A stretch of DNA of 64,000 nt, taken from the NCBI GenBank assembly GCA_002245135.1, contig NGBS01001179.1:62001-126000 (forward strand). Reading direction: 5' to 3'. The first letter of the stretch is position 1. Each line of letters opens with the position of its first letter. Made by a program: the position numbers and the translations under genes. This DNA is from Proteromonas lacertae (Eukaryota). The notes beneath the pieces are model-generated. The model was not told where the DNA came from. It saw nothing but the letters and a program-made list of their open reading frames with translations, and did no database searches. Positions 15,001-27,375 of the stretch are shown piece after piece.

Positions 15001-18000
15001 TGATCCAGGAGGACAATAACTACCATAATGACATGGTAAAGGACTTCTATCACCTCCGCCAAATCCTTCACCATTACAGTAAAACCCACCAGGACAATCA
15101 ATACAATCAGCTTTAGATGTAGCATGATTATTCTCAGTATATTTACCACTACCACATTTATGTGTAGGTATTGCAGTTCCTTCAAGACAATAATATCCTC
15201 TGTAACATGGTGCACTGTATGTACTTAATCCTGCATAAGGACAAGACCAACCAGCTGGACAATTAATACAACTATCTTTCTTCTTTTGATCTTGATAAGT
15301 TCCTGCTTGACATGGAATTGGACTACCTGAAGCTATTGGACAATAATGACCTTCTGGACAATCTTTACAATCACTGTCCTTTGTTGAACCAATACTATCT
15401 GTATATGTACCAGCTGGACATCTTTTAGGTAATGAAGATTTTTCTGGACAATAATATCCAATTGGACATACTTTTGACAAATGTGTTTCACCTGCTGGAC
15501 AATAATATCCTGCTAGACAGTCTATACAATCTGATTGTTGTGATTTTCCTTCTTCATTATTATAAGTACCTCCTGGACACGCTGTTATACCACCATTACA
15601 ATAATAACCTCTTGGACATTTCTGTTTATTGTTTGCTGTTGTTCCTAAAGGACAATAAAAACCAGGTTCACATGGACTACATTCACCTTCAGATGCTAAA
15701 CCTGTTGTAGCTCCATATGTTCCACTAGGACATGGAGTATATTTTCCACCAACACAATAACCACCTAATGGACAATCCATTGGTCCATTTGTTGTTGAAC
15801 CTTCATTACATATCTTACCATTTTGACATGTACTACATTCAGCTTTACCTATAAGACTATATGTACCTGCTGGACATAAATACGGTTTAAAAATAGTTGT
15901 TGCTGATGTTAATGGACAATAACTACCAGCAGGACAACCAACACATGTAGTTTGTAATGGGAGTGAATATTTACCACCTTCACATGGTTGTTTATCAGTA
16001 TTTGTATTTGGACATTTATAATTAGCAGGACAATCTATACATTCTGCATATCCTTCTAATGAGTATTGACCTTTAGAACATTGTCTTTTATTACCAAATA
16101 TATCACATTCATAACCTGCTTCACAATTAGTACATGTCATTTTACCTTTTAATGAGTAAGTACCAGCTAAACATGGTTTAATTCCACTAAGCGTTTTATC
16201 TTCACAGCTATAACCAGCAGGACATTCTATACATTCAAATGCATTAGTATTTGAATAATAACCATTATGACAAGGAGTTTGAGTATTCATATTGGTATTT
16301 GGACAAAAGAAACCTGCTTTACATGATTCACATTCTGTAACTACCAGCTAATGAATAAGTACCTTTTTTACATTTATAAATACCATTTGAAGTTTTGGAA
16401 GGACATGCATAACCAGCTGGACATTGAGTACAAGTAGTAGATCCTTCATCACTATAATAACCATCATTACATGCAGAACCTAATGCAATTCTAGTTGGAC
16501 ATTGATAACCAGCAGGACATTTTATACAATAAGACATACCTGCTGAAGAATAATAACCACTTGGACAATCTACTTCAGTGTTATGATATATTGAAGGACA
16601 ATATTTGCCAGCTGTACATGGAGTACATGATGTTTGGCTTCCAGTACTATATGAACCAATTGAACATATTTGAGGTGCCTGCGTTGTAGATGAGCAATAA
16701 AAACCTGCTGGACATTCATAACAATCTAATTGGCCTTCCAATGAGTATTCTCCAACAGCACAATTAGTTTTAGTGTAAGTATAATTAGGATTTAATGTAC
16801 ATTTTTTACCTGCAGGACATGTATCTGTAATAGTCTTAATCTCTGTATAATTACCTTTAGTATTTGGACATGTAACTGGACTATGAGTTGGATCAATACA
16901 ACATTTAGGACTACATGTTATACAACTAGTGCTACCTCCCAAACTATAACTGCCTATTGGACATAATTGAGGTGGCTGATTTGTATTTGGACAATGCATA
17001 CCAGCAGGACATTTTGTACAACTAATTGTTCTACCTTTAATACTATAATAACCATTACTACAAGATACTGGAGTAGCTGGATCACTACATTGTTTACCTG
17101 CTGGACATAAGACACATTCAGATTGACCAGTACCATCTGTTGTTAATCCACTAGGACATTTTGTACATCCAATGTGTGCACTTGCAGTTGAAAATGATCC
17201 TACTGGACAATCAATTTCATTACCAGATGTACAATCCTTTCCAGCAGAACAAGATAACATTCTAATAGTCATTAATGATCTTGATGTATAATTATGACAT
17301 TCATCATCACCTATATCTGAATATTGATTATTACTATCACAATCTATTGCTGTTGTTGAATTACATGATTTACCAGTTGGACATAATAAACATGTCATTT
17401 GTTTAGTCAATGGTTGATATTCACCTTTTGGACATTGAATTGCTTGATAAACCAAACCTCCTGGACAGAATGTGCCTTCTGGACAAGCAATTGGTTTTTG
17501 ATTAGGTGATGGACAATAATATCCTTTTTCACACTCATTACATTGATTATTATTACTACTTATATAAGATCCTAATGGACAATATATTAGGGATATGTCA
17601 TTGTTTGATTATAAACATCTTGACAAATAGCATTATCTGGACATTCTATACATTCAGTTTGTTTTTCATTAGGTATGAAATGAAGAGGACATTTATATGG
17701 TTTAATTGAAATAGTTTCATTACATATATAACCAAATGGACAATTCACACATCTAGTTTGTCCTTCATAACTATTATAAGTACCACTTTCACATTTAATA
17801 CATCTTCCATCTTTACTGTATGTATTTATTGGACATATTTCAATATTATTAACATTATCACAACTATAACCATCTGGACATAACTGACATTCACTTTGAC
17901 CTTCTTTATTATTATAATATTTAGGATAATCACATGATAAACATGATTCTATTGAAGTTTGTGATTTGAATGGATTATAAGTACCAATTGGACATGGATT

Positions 18001-19601
18001 TAATCATACAATGATCACAATAATATCCAGGTAAACAATCAAATTCTCTATTTCTATCAATATATTTACCTTCACTACAAGATGATGATGATGATAATAA
18101 TATACCGTTTGGATTTGAAAATGTGATAATTTTTGTATTATAATACTGGAATAATGAATTATCATTATTATAATATTGATCACCATCTATTACAATATGT
18201 TTAAATGATATATAAAAAATATTATTATCATATATTCCATCATAATTCTCTTTCATTATGGTAACTTTGCATTTATCATAATTTGATTGTATTTTACATT
18301 CATTATTCAATAATATTGTAGCTTCAATCATCCCATTCGTTATATTGGCAGTGATCTGAGTTAATCTCATAACGATAGTATCATTTGGTACTATTCTAAT
18401 AACAAATGGTTTAACTAAACTGAATTTTGTATTTGAAATTATAAATGGTATAATATCATATTCTATTTCCTTATTATATTCTGTATTGATTATATAATCA
18501 TTTGTTTTACCAATATTAAACTGTATTACTGGTAATATAAATCTAATATTAACTACATTCGATAGGTGATATTATTATATTATTATTATTATCTTCATCA
18601 ATTACTGTATGCATTATTTTACATTCACCTATCAAATACTGATTATTTACTGAAATTATTGTTATATTCTGTATTAATGATGACTCTGTAAATGTAATAA
18701 TGTTTGGTATTACTTTCATACTATTTTTACATTCACTTGAATACTCCAATTTCATTTTTATATTCTCTTTTTCATTATTTGGTTTGGCTTGTAAAGAAAT
18801 TGTGTAATTCTTAGATTTACCATTCTCTATTATCATATCATTGCTGGATATCACTATAGAAGGACTATAATTTGGATTTGACAGATAAACGGATATAATT
18901 TTGGATGGATTATAGAATATCTTCGGCTTTACCATAGAACTACATTTACAATCATGTTTTAATAAAATAAATTCATTTTTAAATGATGTAAAAGATGTTA
19001 TCTTGATTGTATTGATTAAACTGCCGTTTTTAGCTGTAATTGTATATACTTCCAACTGCTTACTTCCTTTATCATTTTCTATAGGAATAATTCTACATGA
19101 TAGTGCATCTTTGCATTTATCTGATGAAATAATATATTTCGAAGTATTGTCAATTTGAGACAATTTTATGAGTGAAGGTTTAATAATTACTTCTATATCA
19201 TTATTGCTCTTCATATTACCCATTTTTGGTTTTTGTTGCAACATATGTATTATAGTAAGCTTAATATTAACATCTTCAACAAAACTGTCTAAATTTTCTT
19301 TCTTTACGTAATGAAAAATATTGGTTGTTGTTATATCTGGTGGAGTTTCCTCAATAGCAGTCACTGTTATATATTGGACTTCTTTCCCTTTTACTGATAT
19401 TTGTGATGGATTAATTTGTATGAATGAGGAATTTGATAATAACTTTATTGTTGTAAACTCTTCCTCCTCCTGATTAACAGATAATTCATAGGACTGACTA
19501 TTTCCTGGTGATATTTCTAATTTTGACTTATGAAGTTGTATAATATTTTTTGCAAATACACTATAACTAAAAACTAATAGCAATAAAACAAAAAAATTCA
19601 T
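1..19601 (-). CDS. Giant cysteine-repeat (GCC2/GCC3, ephrin-receptor-like repeat) type I membrane protein; 3' end runs off the window; interrupted by 1-nt frameshifts
   Basis: ORFs 18549..19601 (signal peptide MNFFVLLLLVFSYSVFA, beta-rich N-terminal domains), 17975..18370, 16328..17455, 14692..16290, 14222..14461, 14017..14268, 12218..13948, 8257..12234 and 2772..8279 abut and continue one another after frame changes. Hundreds of CPxGxYC repeats, one TM (WELIISAIACLFVFVVLVLGSVYYL, about 3144-3220), then an E/K-rich coiled-coil reading (SLPKEGIILGNVDKETH...) from about 2780 to base 1. Confidence 0.85.
11410..16050. repeat. Inverted repeat copy A (inside the giant gene)
   Basis: Its reverse complement matches 32536..37167 almost base for base. 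Confidence 0.95.
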
Positions 19602-19733
19602 TTTTAAAAATGAAATAACCGTTACACTTTTTATGAATTTATTTTCTCATTTTAGACCAATCTGCATATTGAATTGCGTTTCATTTTAGTAATTAGTATA
19701 AAACAATATTAAATACAACAAAATTTCTAACTA

Positions 19734-20443
19734 TTATTCCTTACTTTTATGATGATGATGTTTTTTATGTTTCTTTTCTTCTTTCTTCTTCTTTTTATCT
19801 TTCTTTTTCTTCTTTTCTGTCTCTATTTCCTTTTCTGATTTATCAACATCAACTTCTGATTTTTCACTTAAAACTACAGAATCACTATTTGTTTCAATTT
19901 TTTGCTGTTTTTCTATCTCTTCATCCTCATAATCTCTTGGTGTGCCTGTTATGATTGTGAGATCTTCTTTACTATAATTCTTCACATTTTTATTCTTTAG
20001 TAGTTTGTGTAATCTATATATAATTAATAACAAAACAAATGCATATATATACTTATAAACTCTCTTTTCTTCTTCACCATTAATCTATTGATAATTTTCT
20101 TTTTTTACTTTTTGAATCTTCTACCATTTTTCTTTCTTCAGAATGTTTCTTGTTTAGTTGTTTTAGTATTTCAGTATATGATGTTGCAGCAGATAAGAAA
20201 TGTTTATTAGCAAGATTTGAATCATCCACACCCAGTCCCAATGTATCGCCTTTCTTTTTAACTTGTACATGGGTTAATTGTCCTGAATTGTTTTTACCTA
20301 AACCTTTACCTTCAGCCCAGCCCATTTTCTCTAACAACTTGTATCCAAATCTTGATGTATCTAATAATCGATTCATATATATATTAAATACTCTCTGCCC
20401 ATGCTTTATTTTGTGTTCCTCCTAGTTTTACGGCAAGTGACAT
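19734..20443 (-). CDS. PINX1: G-patch protein PinX1/Pxr1/Gno1 (ribosome biogenesis)
   Basis: Splicing a 31-nt intron (20361..20391) gives MSLAVKLGGTQNKAWAENTSRFGYKLLEKMGWAEGKGLGK (G-patch). Second intron near 20015-20052, one extra T near 20081, C-terminal KKE/D-rich tail. Confidence 0.85.
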
Positions 20444-20493
20444 TTCAATAATGATTCAGGCTTGATTCTCTTTAATTTTGACTCTACTATAAA

Positions 20494-21065
20494 ATGTCTG
20501 ATTTACACTCCTCTGATTCAGAAACATCTGATGTTGATAAAGATTGGAATGAATGGGAAGGTGATGATATGGAACCGATGAAATGTTTATTCTGTAAAGA
20601 TTTTTTTAAGTCAATACCAGAATATAAGGAGCATATATCATCAAAACACAATTTTTCATTCGATTCAATCCAAAAGAAACTTAGTATCAGTGAATATGAA
20701 TATATTTTATAGAAATGGATTTAATTCAGTGGATAAAGCTTGTTAACTATTGTCGAAAATGTGATCAAAGTGAAGGAAATACACAAAAATTAATTGATGA
20801 AATAAATAACGCTAGTGATATTTCTCTTTGGGATAAAGAAGAAAATATGATTGGTCTAGGAGAGGCAGATACATTAATACCATGTTTAGATAACTTTTTT
20901 GAAGAAGATCTTGAAATGGGAATGGATGAAACAGATGAAGCTAAAAAAGAGGAAATTAAGAAAGAAATGATAGAAAAAGCAAGACAATTTGCTGAAGAAC
21001 ATGATGGACGTAGTGTATTGGAATTAGAAGATCCATTAATACATAGACAAGACAATGAACAATAA
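20494..21065 (+). CDS. Small protein with PRMT3/ZNF277-like C2H2 zinc finger, no methyltransferase domain
   Basis: A 29-nt intron (gtatcagt...ttatag) joins the two ORFs: acidic DWNEWE, CLFC-x12-H-x4-H-NF, then MDLIQWIKLVNYCR, resembling the PRMT3 N-terminal region. Confidence 0.65.
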
Positions 21066-21156
21066 ACAACAATATTTTATTTTTTTAAATTAGAAGTATA
21101 ACTTTTTATTTATATATTTCTTTGAGTAAGTGTTGATTTTCTTTTATTAGACTATA

Positions 21157-22029
21157 TCATAATATATTTATAACATATAAATATATATATATACATTCAA
21201 TACAACTAGAAGTAACTAATTCTTCAATTCTTGTAATTAATCCATCTATCTCTTTGTCCTTTCCTTTCAACATCATTACAGTATGTAAAATTCCACTACT
21301 ACTCAACACTATGCGATTTTCTTGAGATTTACACATATTAATAAGAGATTTCAACTCTTCTTTCACAGTTTCATAATATGGTGATTGAAGTACTATAGAA
21401 TATCGTTTTATATTTTCATTTAAGAGTTTTGGAACTTCATTATTATCAGCTTGTAATAAATCCTTTTTTTCTTCTTCAACAGATATTAAATTTCCTTTTT
21501 TATCACATAAAATATTCAATCTACTTGCTTTTTGATATAAAAAGTTAAACAATTCTGAGTATAACATTTTATCACCTTCTTGGAATTGAAATTCAAATAA
21601 AAACACATCTGCAATCCCAGTTGAATATATATTTAAATTAAAAGATACACAATCTTGTAAATTGGAATATAAAATAACCCAGGAATACTTCTCTCTATAT
21701 TCATAATGTAAGGATATTAAAGCTAATAGCGAATTAATACTGTTAATAAGTTTTTCTATCGGTGTTAGTATATACAAAACTGTATTTGATATTATTAGAA
21801 TTGATTTTGGTGGGATTTGTAATGAATTAGTGTTAGTTTTACTTTTCTCGTGAATCAGTTCAATATTATCAACATTTGGATCTTGAATAAAATTAGTACA
21901 TACTGTTCCTCTTACTGTTTGATACATTGATTCATCTCTGTTAATCAAATCAGGCATAAACAAAGGAGAATTCTCTGGATGTGTATTATTCTCGATGTTT
22001 TCCTTAAATAAATGCTTATTTTCTTCCAT
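21157..22029 (-). CDS. Hypothetical protein; true 3' end probably lies after a terminal intron
   Basis: 290-aa ORF with ATG; the last codons read into an (AT)n-rich GT..AG intron. No family recognised. Confidence 0.6.
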   Translation of the reverse strand: MEENKHLFKENIENNTHPENSPLFMPDLINRDESMYQTVRGTVCTNFIQDPNVDNIELIHEKSKTNTNSLQIPPKSILIISNTVLYILTPIEKLINSINSLLALISLHYEYREKYSWVILYSNLQDCVSFNLNIYSTGIADVFLFEFQFQEGDKMLYSELFNFLYQKASRLNILCDKKGNLISVEEEKKDLLQADNNEVPKLLNENIKRYSIVLQSPYYETVKEELKSLINMCKSQENRIVLSSSGILHTVMMLKGKDKEIDGLITRIEELVTSSCIECIYIYLYVINIL

Positions 22030-22283
22030 AAAACAAAAAAAGAATAAAGAAATTTCTTAGAAAAGTCTATAAAATTCTTGATAAATTAATTTTAGTTTAT
22101 CAACTAAAACATATGAATCACTTAATTAACGTAATTTCGCAGTGTTTATATCTTTAATTCATGCAAAAGTTATCTGATTAAGAATGTTTTAATTTAAAAT
22201 CAAACATCAAGCCGAACTATTTCATAACTGATAAAATTTTATCGTTATATAATCATAAATATTGTATTATATAAATCTATAAT

Positions 22284-25200
22284 ATGTCAGAATATTATTT
22301 ATTATCCTTATGCGTATAACTACTTATTTTAAATTGTAGGTTTTATTAACATTGACTAATGCGACTACCTTTGGAGTACTACATAAAAATAGTGATAGTT
22401 TAGATTATAAAATTGACACAATAAGGATAGAAATGGCTGGATCTAGTGTATCGCAATATACAACATTAGATTCTCAATTCCAGACTGGTGTGCTGCTGTG
22501 GCGTGATTTTCTGAATAGTAGAGGTGGATTGTGTATTGGTGGTACAATAAAAAACAACGAATGTGTAGGTGGGAAGCAATATAAGGTTGCAGTGGTTTTA
22601 TGGGATTTAAAACTAGATGGTGATGATTCTAATAAGTATTTACTCCATATAGAAGAGTGGATAGCAGATATAAGGAGTAGGACGAAGAAATTAAAACCAC
22701 ACGTATTAATTGCTCCATATGGTGATGAATATACTTTAAAAACAATAGATGCTTTATCAAAATATGGCACATATGGTGATGACTTAATCGTATTTAGTGG
22801 AGCGTATATATATAATCAATTATTATTTATAGTTATTCTGAAGCAATTGAAGATCTAGGAAATAGATTTATATTTTCAACAGCAGCTTCACCAACCACAA
22901 GAATGAATCAAGTGGCTCAATTTTTTATAGACCGTGTAAAAGTGAAAAGAATTGGTATATTATGTTACAATACAACGAATGAGCATTTGAAAACACTAGC
23001 AAGTTATTTTTATTTTCAAATAACTAATATTGATAAAACCATTCAAATACCAATCAAAAGATGTACAAGTGAAGCATCTAATCCAAGCGGAATTAATTGT
23101 GAAAGTGATTTTAACTGTCCAGCAGGTGAAAGTTGTTCATTTCCATTATATCAACCAATCACAACATCTCAATTAAAACAAACTGATTATACTAAAGAAT
23201 GGTTAAAGATATTTCAAGCTGCTGATGTAGATATGTTGTACTTTGTTAGTGATGAATATCAATTATCATTTTTAGAGGAAATACGTAATATAGGATATAC
23301 TCCAAATGCCATTTTGTTTCAAAAAATATATAATTTCTATAATGATGCAATAAATTATGATGGATTTAAGTATTTCATATTTTCAACAGAAGTGTTTGAT
23401 AAAGATGTTATAGAGTTAGAAACAAGCGATAAATATATGGGTAGTTCAAATGACTATGTAGGTTACTTGTTAGATAATTATGAGAAGTATTACTATAGTG
23501 ATGATGATGATCATTTTGTTAATATTTCTAATATGGTGTTATTCGATTATCAATATTATGCATTTGGCTCTTCAATTGGTATTACTATACAAAGACTATT
23601 TGATTTTGCATTGAATACTCATCGAATATCTCTTGAACCTGATATGTTTCACTTGACTTCAACATTTCTAACTTTAAAGAATATATTGACAACTCAGTTT
23701 GGATATTGTAAAAATTTAATAAGTGGAGAAAAACGAGAGGATACTTTTTGTGGAAATGGTAATAGATGTGATTTAAATACAGACATTTGCGTTAATTGGA
23801 ATACGTTTTATGGAGAAATAAACTTCAATTCTGAAGGTATTAATGAATATAAGAAGAGTATATTATTGCAAGTAAATGATGATCCAACTAGGATAAGTTT
23901 TGACATTGTTTGGCCTTCCACTATAGGAAATTGTAATTTAAATGATAAAGAATGTAGTAAAGATAACAATTATAAAGATTGTAGTTGTTCTTATACATAT
24001 CCAGCTCCATGGTATTGGAAAGTGAATGATGTTATTGAATCATGGAGAATTGATGAAGTTGGTTCAATTATATCGCATATTATATCACTTGCATGTTGTA
24101 TATTGATAATTATACTGAATATAAAAATGAATAAAAAATATAAAGCATTTTACACTAATTTTCCTCAATCACTTAAATTCCTTGTTATTTCTAATATTAT
24201 GTTAATATTTGCTGTAAATATAAGAAGTAGCTTTAACTAAAGGTGGATGTATATTCAGTGAATATGTCAGAGATATTAGTTTAGCTATATATTTTGCATC
24301 ATTTATTGTTACTCTAATAATAGTATCTCATGAAATGACAAATGATCCACTGGAAAACAAAATACAAATAATATTAACATGCATAGTTAGTGTGATTTTA
24401 ATCATATTATTTATAATCTACGATATAATATTTCAAGTCGATTATTATATAGTTCAGGAGACAATTGGATATACTTCTAATGATATTAGAGTATGTGATG
24501 AAGGTAATACAATTCAAATATATTTTCTTTTGATAGTATGTTTATATATCTATTCATTATTATTATTATATTTTCATAGATTGTAATTGGTATATTCATT
24601 TTATTACCACTGATTTGGTTTATTTATGATGGTAATACAATGTCAATTAAAATGGTTTTACCATTATTCATAATCAATACGAGTGTGTATATTGTATTAT
24701 ATTTATCAATATTTGAATTTGGACGAAATTGGGATAGTAAAATAGGTGGTATATTGTTAGTTAATGCTGGTTTTTGGTTAACAACATTGGTGTTTTATAT
24801 TCCACTTATATTTAGGATAAAAGATATAGTTACATATGCTGATACATCAGTTATATATCCATTTAACAATAGAGAAATGAAAAAACTGAGAAAGATATTA
24901 CATTCTCATTTAGGAAGACATTCCATTTCTATATTTTTAACAAGAGAAGGTAAATATCATAAGTTTGTAGAGTTTTATTTAGAAGCTGAGAATCACAAGC
25001 AATTGCCTGAAGATAAATTAGATGGAGATGAAATACGATTATTTGATAAATATTTAAACACATTATCATTTCATTTAGATTTACCTAAAGATATAATTGA
25101 AAGAACAAAAATCAAATTGAATTTAAAGAACAAACATGCATTTAGAGATGCTCAGAAATCATCATTAATATATTTACAAACACATGGTTGTTATAAAAGA

Positions 25201-25987
25201 TATGCACAAAGTATTGATTTTAAGAAAAACGAAATAAATGAAAGAGTGATGGATTATCTAAGATCTAGATCACTTGAACCAGTTATAGCTGCCTATGAAT
25301 ATATAGTTTGGCAATTAACAGATAGATCTAAATTGATAGTTGATAAGCCACCAACATTAAGAATATCATCATCCATACCTGTTAGTAATATAACTGTTAA
25401 TGGTCCAAGTGGTCCAATAAGTCCATCCAATAGAAGACCATCTCAAGCGTTAAGATCTGCAAGAAGGGCATCTAATGCCATTCAATTATTATCAGAGAAT
25501 AATACTAATCATCCTTCCTCCTCTTACACCAAAGAAGAAAAGAATATCCAATCCAAATTTCTTTCCTATTACTCCTAAACGTGTTCCATTAGTTGCTGAT
25601 ACTAATGGTTTAACTGCTATTATTGATGAAGAAGAACCTAATAATGTAATAGAGAATATAAAAGTTCCAATATTACAACCACCTCCTGAAGAAGCAATGA
25701 ATAAAGATGATGAAAGAAAAGATGAAAATAAAGACAATGGAAATATCGCTGTAGATAAAAACGAGAAGAATGAAGAATCTAAAGAAGAGAAAAAAGATGA
25801 AAAGAATGAAGAAGAAAAGAAAGACCAAGATAGGAAAAGAACAACTCTTGATAAAGATTTAGAAAGTTTAGGATTAGATACTAAGAATAACTGTGAAGAA
25901 ATGAAGAAGACTAAATTAGTGGAAGGTAGAAAAGATTCTATAAGTGAATTAATACTTGATACTGAAAAACTACTTGAATCAAAATAA
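22284..25987 (+). CDS. Receptor: signal peptide + Venus flytrap (type 1 periplasmic-binding-like) + class-C-like 7TM + RGS domain + low-complexity tail
   Basis: Spliced start MSEYYLLSLCVLLTLTNA; VFT-like motifs GVLLWRDFLNSRGG, VLIAPYG, TFYGEINFNSEG, IVWP; seven hydrophobic segments (24060-24815) with a Cys at the top of TM3 and in ECL2; RGS-like LRKILHSHLGR..FLTRE..VEFYLEAE..FDKYL..LDLP..AFRDAQ..YKRY (about 24886-25212). Three introns and two frameshifts. Confidence 0.75.
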
Positions 25988-26279
25988 GAAAGGAATAGTA
26001 GGATTATAAATTAATGTATTTTATTAATTATATTTATTTATATTGTAATTTGTTATGTATATCTCTATTACAACATATAACTCACTATTATACTTTTAAT
26101 TGATTTCTATTTCTATTACATTACAAATTAAAGCATTAAATCAATAATTATAATGTAATTATATAGCTTAAGCATTTTTATTTGTGTATTAAGAGATTTT
26201 CTTTTTTATATGTTTATACAAACAAGATTTCAGTATGAACAACACAACAAATTACTAGAATAAGAAATTATATCATTAT

Positions 26280-26797
26280 TTTAAAACATGACTTCCCACT
26301 GGTAATAGTTTTTATTGCCATTTATAGTATGTATCCCATGCCTAGTTTTAAAGTTATTACACCATCCAACAGAACCATCAAACGGTAACATCTCTCTTTT
26401 TGTCGATAGTATTTCGTACTCATATTTTGCAGGCTGCTAATAAAGCATCATATGAAAATGCTGTTTCAAATCCATATTCCAATCCAAAATTCCATAATGC
26501 ATCAAATATAACCAATTCCTCCCTTTTGCTGAATATCTTTTTACAATAACCCCGAGTATCTTCAGTTGGATCTATTTGCTTTTTAACATAATCATTGTAT
26601 TTTTTAGACAATGTTTGTCTTACTATGCAATTTACTCTTGCAACTTGTGAAATATTTCCTGTTTTTTCTATCTCTTTAAACATTTTTATCCATTTACTTC
26701 TTGGAAGGTCATATGTTATACCGCGACAGCTATGACATAAATAACTTATCCTCTTTTTGTTAATAAGCCTTCTAATTCTCGAGTGCCATCTTGCCAT
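26280..26797 (-). mobile_element. pogo/Tigger/CENP-B-type DNA-binding region (two HTH units) without a DDE domain
   Basis: ISQVARVNCIVRQTLSKKY (psq-like HTH) and FSKREELVIFDAL; after frame changes FDGSVGWCNNF.TRHGI resembles the CENP-B-type F.AS.GW..F..RH motif. Stop follows shortly. Confidence 0.6.
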
Positions 26798-27375
26798 TTA
26801 TAAGAATATTGATTTTATTTTCCTTCTTTCTTTCATTAATTACAGTGATTAACATCAAGTTATAGACTGATTAATATTATATTTTTGATATACACATTGT
26901 AATTATTATATTGATTGTTATTCAGCTCATATCAACTAGCAAAGGTTGAAATCTGCAATTAGTATATATACATATGAATGCGCTATAATTTATCATATCA
27001 TGATATATATTATATCAGTATTATATTCAATAACCACATAACAAGTATTTGTTTAGGTATTTCATATATACAGTTTATTTATGTTCTCAATCATAACAAA
27101 TTGTTTTCTTCTTATAAATTGATCATTGTTCAATAACTGAATAAATTTTAAGTACTTTGTGTAACACATAATTTGAAAATTAAAAAATGTGAAACGAATA
27201 TATTTCTATTAAACTCTTTAAAAATCAAAGGCATGTCTAAATTACAGTGCATTTATGCTGCATAAAAATATGTTGAAGTATATAAAAGGATGGTTATGAG
27301 TTATGATGATACTAACAAAATATGGTTAAATTTATGAAATTATTTCAGTTAAAAGCAGGGTAATTGTTGTATTAT

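Noticed and set aside
4200..17500. Recurring ggacaataata motif as a CRISPR-like or non-coding array
   Set aside because: It is the reverse complement of Tyr-Tyr-Cys-Pro codons; spacing follows the protein repeats.
3518..17709. Many short LDNNN- or VQLV-type ORFs overlapping the Cys repeats (also 32873-36367)
   Set aside because: Alternative-frame artefacts of repetitive CPxGxYC codons.
19656..19662. CCAAT-like boxes about 55 nt upstream of the giant gene and of the ML gene
   Set aside because: A 5-mer is too frequent to support without TSS data.
26000..27370. Terminal inverted repeats for the pogo-like gene (TACAGT at 26841 and 27243)
   Set aside because: No matching inverted partner found on the other side.
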